64,000 nt of DNA. It comes from Candidatus Poribacteria bacterium. Its GTDB lineage: Bacteria; Poribacteria; WGA-4E; PCPOR2b. The first letter of the stretch is position 1; every line of letters begins with the position of its first letter. The stretch is from positions 3,008,001-3,072,000 of the forward strand of contig OZ242351.1 in assembly GCA_965208675.1 (NCBI GenBank), written 5' to 3'. Under the pieces are notes generated by a model. It ran no database searches and had not been told where the DNA came from. It saw nothing but the letters and a program-made list of their open reading frames with translations. A program made the translations under genes and the position numbers. Below are positions 28,873 to 36,532 of this stretch, piece by piece.

Positions 28873-30564
28873 TCATCTCTTATAAGCCGACCGGTCAGTA
28901 TTCCCGCCGTATTTCATCGCATACACGAACATATTCACCATGAACCGATGCACGTCCGCGGAACGGCGCATCCGCAGCATTGTCCGGCTGGGGATTTCCG
29001 CCGTCTCCATCGCACAGAGATAATCCTTCCGATTGTACACCACTGCGAGGCGGCGCCCGATTGTAATCCCCTTCTGAAACTTAAACTTTGTCACCTTCGG
29101 GTTGTTTTCAGACCCCCAATACACATCAGACCCGTTCGGCGGAATAGACAGCTTGTAATAGATAGAATAAATCTCGTGGCTGTGGGGAACAGACTGGAGC
29201 GGGTATTCCGGCATAATTTTCTTCAATTCATCAGCGACACGCGCAGCGAACAAGCCCTTGAACCCGCAATCATCGAAAAATAGCAGCCCGCCGCGTTCCA
29301 CAAGATACTTTCTCATCGCCGACCGTTCTGCCGGTGTAAAGCCCGACAGCCACGGCTCGCCGCGCATCAGGTTACGGGTTGTGGTCAACTCCTTATCGTG
29401 ACCTGTCATGACAATTATCGGCGCATCGAGGATTCGCGGATCTGTCATCCGCATCGCGCCGCCCTCCAGTTTCATATCCGCACGCAGCCGAGTGTTGTCC
29501 GATAACCACCGCATGAAACTCGGCAGAGCTGACGGGTCTTGCCACCAATCTGCAAGGGAATGTATTAACCGAGTAAAGCGGATGTGACCTTGTATATCCG
29601 CGCCCTCACCCTCTAAAATAGCACCTAACTTATCATCAGGGACAGTCGTGATTTTAGCCAACGGGTCGTCTCCCGCGCCGCCGGCATCAGCAGCCCCGAC
29701 CGACCCCACCAGCGAGTCAATTCCGCTCGAATGAATCCCGCCGCGGCCGGGCCCGTTGATGTCGTCCGTACCCCGCCCGTGTCCGGTTCTGAGACCCCGG
29801 CGCCTTCCAACCCCCGGCGCAATAACCTCCTCATTGCGTCTAGTGTCAAGCTGTGCCGCCGTCGTGACAGGCGCATCGACAATCGCGTCGGGCGTCAACG
29901 GCGACACGTCCATTGATACGCTTCCCGGCGCCGGCGCAATCGGCTTAGCAATTCTTTGAGCAGCCGAAACGCGAACCGACTGGGCAATCGGTTTCACGGC
30001 TGGGCGCACCGGCTCCGGGGGTTTAGGCTTAATCTTTTTAGGGCGCCTAGTCTTTGGCACCGGCTTTACCATCTCCACGGCAATCGCATCTTCGATAACC
30101 TCCGCATCGTCGGTTGCCAGTATAAAAATGACAAAAGCCAAGATAACGTGCGCCACCGCGGAGATTAACATCGAATTGCGGACTTTACTACTCTTTTCGG
30201 TGACAACCGCCGCCGCGGCCTTGGACGCCAATGATTCGGGTGTGTATCCGGACGCGCTCAGGTAGTAGGTCTGTCCGCCGCAATCAACCTGCATCTGTCC
30301 ACCCGGGAGGCTCCGGAACTGGGCGCTTTCGCCTGCTCGGATTATTTCGCTCACCCGTATAATCGGCAGACTTACCGACCCCGGTTGTGCAATCTCCGCG
30401 TCGATTGTTATTTTTCGGTCTGCGGCGAAAAGCTCAAGCCTGTCAACGCCAATGCTCCGCACACGAACATCGGAAACATTCGATAGCTGATTTTCTCGCG
30501 CCGCCTGTGATTGGAGCGACTTAATCGCCTTCAGAATATTTGCTGTTTCTATCGTGAATTGCAT
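28873..30564 (-). CDS. Fusion: beta-clamp(DnaN)-like N-terminal domain + TM/Pro-rich linker + DUF4159-like domain
   Basis: MQFTIE...LKAI..L...LELFAAD....AEIAQPGSVSLP resembles DnaN domain I; MLISAVAHVIL TM; PIIVMTGH, MRKYLVERGGLLFFDDC and HEIYSIYY are typical of DUF4159. Confidence 0.7.
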   Translation of the reverse strand: MQFTIETANILKAIKSLQSQAARENQLSNVSDVRVRSIGVDRLELFAADRKITIDAEIAQPGSVSLPIIRVSEIIRAGESAQFRSLPGGQMQVDCGGQTYYLSASGYTPESLASKAAAAVVTEKSSKVRNSMLISAVAHVILAFVIFILATDDAEVIEDAIAVEMVKPVPKTRRPKKIKPKPPEPVRPAVKPIAQSVRVSAAQRIAKPIAPAPGSVSMDVSPLTPDAIVDAPVTTAAQLDTRRNEEVIAPGVGRRRGLRTGHGRGTDDINGPGRGGIHSSGIDSLVGSVGAADAGGAGDDPLAKITTVPDDKLGAILEGEGADIQGHIRFTRLIHSLADWWQDPSALPSFMRWLSDNTRLRADMKLEGGAMRMTDPRILDAPIIVMTGHDKELTTTRNLMRGEPWLSGFTPAERSAMRKYLVERGGLLFFDDCGFKGLFAARVADELKKIMPEYPLQSVPHSHEIYSIYYKLSIPPNGSDVYWGSENNPKVTKFKFQKGITIGRRLAVVYNRKDYLCAMETAEIPSRTMLRMRRSADVHRFMVNMFVYAMKYGGNTDRSAYKR

Positions 30565-30575
30565 ACGGCAAGTAT

Positions 30576-31445
30576 TCAATCCTCAATTTTGAACCGATAC
30601 GGAACAATTATGCGGATTGTGACCGGTTTGCCGTCTTTTTGCGCCGGCTTAAACCGCGACCGTTTCAACGCCTCGATTGCTGCTTCATCACAGCCCATTC
30701 CAATTCCCGCTCTTACCTTAATATCTCTGGCTTTGCCGTCAATTCCGATGGTCGCCTCTAACTTCACAACCCCTTCTTTTCCGGCATGACGGGCACGTTC
30801 CGGATACTTCGGCTTCGGCTTATGGATGGCTTTCGGCGGTACGGTGTTATCCGTAATGTCCACGACGGGTACGTTGACAGTGTCGTCTAGCCCAATATCT
30901 GCGTCCGGGATGTCTGTCTCCATCTCGTTAAAAATTGATGGTCGGTCAGGCCTGGTGGTGGGAATCTTCGGCAATTCAGGTTCAATGCTTGGGCGTTCCC
31001 CTTCGGCAATTGGCGGCCTTTCAATCTTGGGAATCTCCGGCGGTGCATCAGGTGAGTCAATAACAAGGTTATCTGAAGGAACAGCATATCCGCCTGAGCC
31101 GGACGGAATGTCCACCGGTTTTACGGGCTGGCTGGGTCGGGTTGTCGGAGTTAGCCGTACTTCGGGTTTAATTGTCTTAGCTTCACGCTCAGGTTCACGA
31201 GGTGGGGGTTTAACCTTCTTCGCCTCAAACATTTCAGTTACCACTGCATCATCATCGTGAATCGCTACATTTTGGGCGATGTGAAAAGCGACAAACAGCA
31301 TGATGACCAAATGGAAAGCAAGAGATACAATCCACCCAAGAGATTTAGACACGCGATTTTTCTTTCTCTGCCGCCGCTCTAAAATCGGCTCAACCGCAGG
31401 AATCCGGCGTTTACGTTCATGATTTAGCGAATTTGACTTGGACAT
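30576..31445 (-). CDS. tonB: TonB-family energy transducer
   Basis: TM with SLAFH (S-x3-H), Pro-rich linker, PKYPERARHAGKEGVVKLEATIGIDG...FKPAQKDGKPV. Confidence 0.9.
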   Translation of the reverse strand: MSKSNSLNHERKRRIPAVEPILERRQRKKNRVSKSLGWIVSLAFHLVIMLFVAFHIAQNVAIHDDDAVVTEMFEAKKVKPPPREPEREAKTIKPEVRLTPTTRPSQPVKPVDIPSGSGGYAVPSDNLVIDSPDAPPEIPKIERPPIAEGERPSIEPELPKIPTTRPDRPSIFNEMETDIPDADIGLDDTVNVPVVDITDNTVPPKAIHKPKPKYPERARHAGKEGVVKLEATIGIDGKARDIKVRAGIGMGCDEAAIEALKRSRFKPAQKDGKPVTIRIIVPYRFKIED

Positions 31446-31495
31446 GGCTCGAAAATCTCCTTCCTTTGTAAGGGGTTGTGGGGGAGGTGCCCCCG
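31443..31495 (-). repeat. Intergenic module A (variant)
   Basis: cgggggcacctcccccacaaccccttacaaaggaaggagattttcgagccATG. Confidence 0.75.
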
Positions 31496-31501
31496 GTTAA
31501 C

Positions 31502-31633
31502 CTACTTTTTGCTAGATTTAGATTTGGGGTTAGGGTTGTTGGTTTTGCCTTTACCCGATTCTTTGCCGTGTACCTTACTTGGCTTATTCTGAGGGTAAAC
31601 AGCCTTACTTGCCTTTCCTTTTTGCTTTGCCAT
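31502..31633 (-). CDS. Small basic Lys/Gly/Ser-rich peptide (43 aa)
   Basis: GGAGGTG RBS; MAKQKGKASKAVYPQNKPSKVHGKESGKGKTNNPNPKSKSSKK. Confidence 0.65.
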   Translation of the reverse strand: MAKQKGKASKAVYPQNKPSKVHGKESGKGKTNNPNPKSKSSKK

Positions 31634-31694
31634 TGTTTATCACCTCCTTCCTTTCTTTTATTGGCTGGGGCTGGTGAAATACGCGATTATATGA

Positions 31695-31949
31695 CTAATT
31701 GTTCCTTCTGCGTCTCTTATGAGGATTGCCTTTTCGCCAACCTGTTTGATATCCCCGCATATAATCCTTGCATGGTATATCAAAACAGATTGGACAATTG
31801 TTGGGAAATACTAATAGCCCAGTCTTGCCGTGCTCTAGCCCCTTCGCATAACCTTTGGCGTAATGACTAGAGACGGCATTCTTAGTTTTAGCTCCACAGC
31901 TCAAACTTAAAATTACCATTATTGTTAGAATAAGTGGTTTATACATCAC
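31695..31949 (-). CDS. Small lipoprotein with YxxGYxxG repeats
   Basis: LSLSC lipobox; YAKGYAKG, YMRGYQTG; preceded by a module A variant (31947-31988). Confidence 0.55.
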   Translation of the reverse strand: MMYKPLILTIMVILSLSCGAKTKNAVSSHYAKGYAKGLEHGKTGLLVFPNNCPICFDIPCKDYMRGYQTGWRKGNPHKRRRRNN

Positions 31950-32000
31950 ATTGTGTAAGGGTTGTGGGGGAAGGGGTAGCCTCCCCCTGTGGAGAAGAAG

Positions 32001-32312
32001 CTAAAGCCTAGGGCTAGCGACAAACATGGGAAATACATGTTCATTCCCTTCCCAGTCGGAAATAGTAATCTCTCCTCTCGAATAATCACTATCATCATCA
32101 TGCTCGATGACAGTAACACAGACTTTTGCGTCACTATTGCGGTCCCGCACAACAATCCTTGGCAATCCTTGATCATCCATGGTCAAGTCAAGGATACCTA
32201 TGATTGAAATTGTGTTGTTCTTAATCCAAATAGTGGGATTACCTTCGTCGTCAACGATTGTAATACTTTTGCAAGTTACAGATTCATAGGTTGGATTAGT
32301 TGTATCAGACAT
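32001..32312 (-). CDS. Beta-rich small protein related to the 'GDIEC' family (no TM leader)
   Basis: YESVTCKSITIVDDEGNP; preceded by module A. Confidence 0.6.
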   Translation of the reverse strand: MSDTTNPTYESVTCKSITIVDDEGNPTIWIKNNTISIIGILDLTMDDQGLPRIVVRDRNSDAKVCVTVIEHDDDSDYSRGEITISDWEGNEHVFPMFVASPRL

Positions 32313-32369
32313 CGTAAATCTCCTCTTTGTAAGGGTTGTGGGGGAGGTGGCGGCCACCCCCTTTTTTTA
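32310..32369 (-). repeat. Intergenic module A
   Basis: taaaaaaagggggtggccgccacctcccccacaacccttacaaagaggagatttacgATG. Confidence 0.85.
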
Positions 32370-32400
32370 TTGCGTTTGCGCCGGGTCGTACTCATCCTCC

Positions 32401-32808
32401 TTACTTATCCCTGAAACTCTCGCATTCAATATCGCCATATTTGGTCTTGCGCAGTAATTGAATTTCTTCCTTCATGGTTTCGACCTCAGTGTGTAAACTT
32501 TTATACCATTCGTATATCTGCTCATCGGTTAGCGGAAAAGGAATCTCGCCCGGCATGATCACAAGTTTATCGGTTGCCGTGGCTTCTTCATTGACCGCGA
32601 ATTCGCTTGCCTCGGCGTTCGTGAGCATTTGTTGTATCAAATGCGGTTTAGGCGTCGAATCAGCCGCCCAAATATCTTCTACGACTTCTGTTTCGGTGAT
32701 CGGCTGGGCGCAGAAGTTACAGATTTTAATGGTCGTCACGTATAAACCCCAGCCGACGATTGCCGCAAATGCGACCGCGGCGATGATGAAGCTAATCAGG
32801 ATTTTCAT
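32401..32808 (-). CDS. Membrane-anchored hypothetical protein, chimeric with a GDIEC tail
   Basis: MKILISF leader; ends KYGDIECESFRDK. Confidence 0.55.
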   Translation of the reverse strand: MKILISFIIAAVAFAAIVGWGLYVTTIKICNFCAQPITETEVVEDIWAADSTPKPHLIQQMLTNAEASEFAVNEEATATDKLVIMPGEIPFPLTDEQIYEWYKSLHTEVETMKEEIQLLRKTKYGDIECESFRDK

Positions 32809-33161
32809 TTTTTCGCTCTTCTTTTCGACAACTCTTTTTCGATATCAGCGTCCACCAGCCGAATATACTCGGGATCGGTTACAATCCACGCATGAGGGAT
32901 TCCGCTTTGGCGCTTTTCGCGGTAATACCGTGACGAATCCGAATTATAAACGAAACAATTTTTAAGGGCATCGTTGGCGGCAGCCGAAACGGCATCGATT
33001 CTTGCCGTCATATCGTCAGCTAAAGCGATGGCATTGTCGATTTGTTCTATCTCTTTCTTTGCAGACGCTCTCACTCCAAGTTGTTTCCGTTTAGCGTCTT
33101 TGAGGCAAGTATCTTTCAAATCGGTGTCGCCCGATTCCATGGATACGGTACCAATAACCAT
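32805..33161 (-). CDS. Hypothetical protein (true start apparently damaged)
   Basis: The frame extends upstream to aaaggagaaac-aaacat with no ATG there; ATGA overlap with the next gene. Confidence 0.45.
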   Translation of the reverse strand: MVIGTVSMESGDTDLKDTCLKDAKRKQLGVRASAKKEIEQIDNAIALADDMTARIDAVSAAANDALKNCFVYNSDSSRYYREKRQSGIPHAWIVTDPEYIRLVDADIEKELSKRRAKK

Positions 33162-33242
33162 AAATTTGTCGCCTTCCAGTTCGTAGGAATAAATCCCGGG
33201 CGTGATTGGCTTCTTGACGAGATAACGATGTTTGTTTCTCCT

Positions 33243-33422
33243 TTAAAAAAACTCGATGTCTCTGACTAAATTGGCGTAAGCATCGAAAATTTTCAATTTC
33301 AGGGTTCGGTGACTGGGTAGGGTTTTATCCGTTTGGATATACTGTCCGCGCGGTAAACCGGAATCTTTATCCGCGGAGCCGAGGATGACCAGACAGATCA
33401 AGCAGCTAATCAGGGATTTCAT
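33243..33422 (-). CDS. Short secreted peptide or fragment with 'MKSLISC' leader
   Basis: Leader shared with the 22968-23456 family (CLVILG), body unrelated. Confidence 0.45.
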   Translation of the reverse strand: MKSLISCLICLVILGSADKDSGLPRGQYIQTDKTLPSHRTLKLKIFDAYANLVRDIEFF

Positions 33423-33627
33423 TGTCAGCCCCTTTTGCCGTAACTGTGAGGTGAATATATTTTTCTTCATCATAAAAAATGTAGATATGGCCGTCTTTGG
33501 ATGTATCTAAATGGGTAATAGAGGCTCGAAGGTAGTTTTGGACTCCTTGGGCTTCCGTATTGCGATAACCCACTCTGACAACGCTTTCATCAGTGCTGTC
33601 CAAATTAAACTTTTCTGCTTTTAACAT
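33406..33627 (-). CDS. Small hypothetical protein
   Basis: aaaggagatttacaATG leader; stop supplied by junction motif B. Confidence 0.55.
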   Translation of the reverse strand: MLKAEKFNLDSTDESVVRVGYRNTEAQGVQNYLRASITHLDTSKDGHIYIFYDEEKYIHLTVTAKGADNEIPD

Positions 33628-33644
33628 TGTAAATCTCCTTTCGA

Positions 33645-34046
33645 TTACTTGTGGATATAACCGTTTTTGTCGTAGGCAGATATGGCGCCGTGCCCCTTGT
33701 CGTCGATACCCATGATGACAGAACCTTTCGATCTTACATGGGTGCTTACAAAACCTCCGTGTCTATCCGTACCGATTATCACTTTTTTATCCCCTTCGCG
33801 GAGGAGCACTTCATCGGCACTGATCACCGCACCTCTAAATGTTGGACCGTCGTCGAAAATCGCAATGTCATATGGTCTAATATGTATAAGCACATCGCCA
33901 CTGCTAACCTTCAAGCTCTCACATTCAATATCTCCGAATTTTTCCTTTTGTGCGGATATGGGCGACAGCAGCAGGCCGATAATGGTGAAAATACTGCCTA
34001 ACGCCATTAGACCTGCCCTTTACTTCCAATTAATCAGGGGTTTCAT
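33645..34046 (-). pseudogene. 'GDIEC' family paralog of 28194-28604 with TAA at codon 9 (could restart at ATG 34007)
   Basis: MKPLINWK*RAGLMALGSIFTIIG versus MIKTTWKQKAGLMALGSIFTIIG; TAA at 34020-34022. Confidence 0.65.
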
Positions 34047-34329
34047 TAAATATCTCCGTTTCAAGGCGATTGATGAAATTTAACAACGTCTCAGGGTCAT
34101 CATGATACCTATCAAGTGCGGACGCCTTTTCGCCCGGTTTCAGGTTTTTCGCTAACGTCCTTTCGAGACGCCAACCGCTACCCTTCAAACCTACAAATCC
34201 CTTGAGCTCGTCAAACGATTTTAGAGGGAACGATACCGCCCAGTATATATCATCATAGTACAGGCGCCCGTAAACACGTCTGTGCCGTGGTGGAGGCGGG
34301 GAAGTCCGTACTGTCATTTTTTCAGTCAT
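34030..34329 (-). CDS. Hypothetical protein
   Basis: AGGAGGAGG RBS; 99 aa. Confidence 0.6.
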   Translation of the reverse strand: MTEKMTVRTSPPPPRHRRVYGRLYYDDIYWAVSFPLKSFDELKGFVGLKGSGWRLERTLAKNLKPGEKASALDRYHDDPETLLNFINRLETEIFNETPD

Positions 34330-34659
34330 AACCTCCTCCTTTTTTTATAAAATGTCCGATCATATGGGTTAGCGGGCATTTTCATTGGTGGAAAAATGGG
34401 CGGCGAGGAACAAGCACCTTATGAGCGTGACTTTCAGTCCGCTCTTCATCGCGGCAAAGGCTGCAATCCTACTTACCCGATTAGGAATCCTATTTTCCTA
34501 TTCGGGTATCCGTCGGCAATCTGCGTTAGCGCGGTTGCCGCCATAAGGCGACGGGGGCAGGAGTAAGTGTGCGATCGGTCACAATCTGCATGAATCCCCC
34601 GCTCCCCGTCATAAGATTATGAGTTGCATCAAGCATATACAGCACACCGCCTGAAAAAA

Positions 34660-34919
34660 TCATCGTAACCGCAATATTCGCGCCCCTCCTTCAATCTGCA
34701 TAACAAGGTCGTTCCAAACGGCGTTGTAATCTTGTTGGTCTGGCGTGCTATAGAGAGTGTACCGATGCCGGGTTTCAGGCTTTGTTGACGGGTCATGCAA
34801 ATCTACGCCCACCGCCACAATATGATATTGTCCGCCATCTACCTCTAATTCCGCTAATTCCGCGCAATCTATAGCGTTAATGTTTACTAATCTGTTAGAT
34901 GGTAATTCTCCAAGAACAT
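34660..34919 (-). pseudogene. Small 'MF...LVN...I' family gene with a frameshift near the start
   Basis: aaaggagatttacaATG TTC TTG is out of frame by 2 nt with ELPSNRLVNINAID... Confidence 0.55.
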
Positions 34920-34989
34920 TGTAAATCTCCTTTGTCTGAAGGTGCGTATCGGCAGAAATGCTGTTAACACCCATTGCCAGCCTTCTTGT

Positions 34990-35565
34990 CTATCTTGTGA
35001 ATCTATTTTTTCCGAGAGGAATGCCCATTGCTTTTAGGGCCTGGTACAATGGTATTTGCCACGGGCTTTTTACGCCCCATGGCACTACTGTGGATACTGC
35101 CGAAGGCGGCATTCCAAGACCACCTTCATTGTTATCAGGACGTTTAACTTCGACCAAAGCGACTACTTCACGATCTAACGTTCGTATAATTTTGATATGC
35201 CTTTCAATAGCGAAAGTGCGCACCAAATAGTCGCAGCCAACATCCTCATATTCATCGTATGATTCGGTTATCGTTCCTGCTCCCGCACGAATTGCCGCTA
35301 CGTGCATGGCGGATTCGACAGCAGCAATGCTTTTGGTTACAATGACGTCCTTGGTTTTTTGCGGAGGCATCACTACTTTAACGCCTGCGCTAATCAGTGC
35401 ATGTTCAACTTCGTTTGCAAACCATGCTTGATACAACCGATTGTTGGGCGGTTGTACAATAAATACGGGGTGATGTGGGACATCTCGAACAACAACGGCA
35501 TTGTAGCGAGTAGTACCACAAGCTATCATAAACACACACAATCCCAGAACAAACCCATGCTTCAT
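34990..35565 (-). CDS. Lipoprotein
   Basis: AGGAG RBS; MKHGFVLGLCVFMIACG. Confidence 0.65.
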   Translation of the reverse strand: MKHGFVLGLCVFMIACGTTRYNAVVVRDVPHHPVFIVQPPNNRLYQAWFANEVEHALISAGVKVVMPPQKTKDVIVTKSIAAVESAMHVAAIRAGAGTITESYDEYEDVGCDYLVRTFAIERHIKIIRTLDREVVALVEVKRPDNNEGGLGMPPSAVSTVVPWGVKSPWQIPLYQALKAMGIPLGKNRFTR

Positions 35566-36532
35566 TTTAAGTAAACTCCTACTATTGAAAGTTAAACATC
35601 TATTCTCGTTGTTTGCCAAGCTGTTAAGGTATTGGAGTGCTTTTTGTGGGTTTCGGTTTTGTATTTGTACCACTCGCCAGCATCCCAACCTTTTGGTGTT
35701 TTCATGCCATAGTAATAATCGTTTCTCAAATCTTCTAGCGTTGGTTGATTAGATTTTCTACGAAGAGTTGGCCCTACGCAAGAACCTACCGCCTTAAACC
35801 CCTTGGGAATTACCGTACAACACAGAGTAACAACACCAATCTGAGCATTTCAGTAGATTGCTTATGACATCTATGGGTCATTATTAAACTCCTTTCTTAG
35901 TATTAGCCATAGCCGTTTGAATTCTCTCTGTGAGCTTTTTTCAAGATGAAGTCAATTGCCATCAAAGGCACACAATCAAAGCGAGTAATGCTATTGCTGA
36001 AGGATTTATTTTGATTCCTACCCATATAGAGTTGAATAAGCAATCGCATTTTATTGGTTATAATTTGGGCACACGCAAAAATTCCGACTTACTGGCGCCG
36101 CGAAGACATGGCACAACACTGCCAAAGCGGCGGCTATTTTGTATTTCGTTTGGAACACGAACGATAGACGAACAGGCAGCAACCTTCTATCGTCGGCTCG
36201 AACTGAACCCACTGCCATAAAGTCTATTGATATAAATACATGGAACTTCCCTCCCTCCTTCCATTCCCCGGCGAAGGGGTGCGGCAGGCATCACGGCACC
36301 GTGATGCCGCCTCCTGCCGCGGGAAAGATTATAAGATGCGTAAATCTCTTGCACCAGCCGGATCAGAGAAAGACGATCTGCCTCCTCTTTACTATGGCAA
36401 AAACCGTGCCAACGGTCGGTCTAAGGAAGGGTTCAACTCTGTAAAGGCATAGAAATCCAGTGGTAGCTTGGCTTTGATAGGTATGGGAAGGAGTCAGACG
36501 GACGGTAGCGTGACAGGGTGCGGGTTGAAAAA

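Noticed and set aside
21705-32369. CRISPR array
   Set aside because: Repeats are degenerate and separated by whole genes of variable length; no cas genes seen.
34431-34454. Hammerhead ribozyme (gatga...gaaa on the minus strand)
   Set aside because: The CUGAUGA core and flanking stems are not satisfied.
20780-36300. Integron cassette array
   Set aside because: No intI, and no recurring RYYYAAC...GTTRRRY sites after genes. Module C has GTTAAAC before GTTTAAC, the reverse of attC order.
20780-36300. Intact prophage
   Set aside because: No terminase, capsid, tail, integrase or replication genes recognised.
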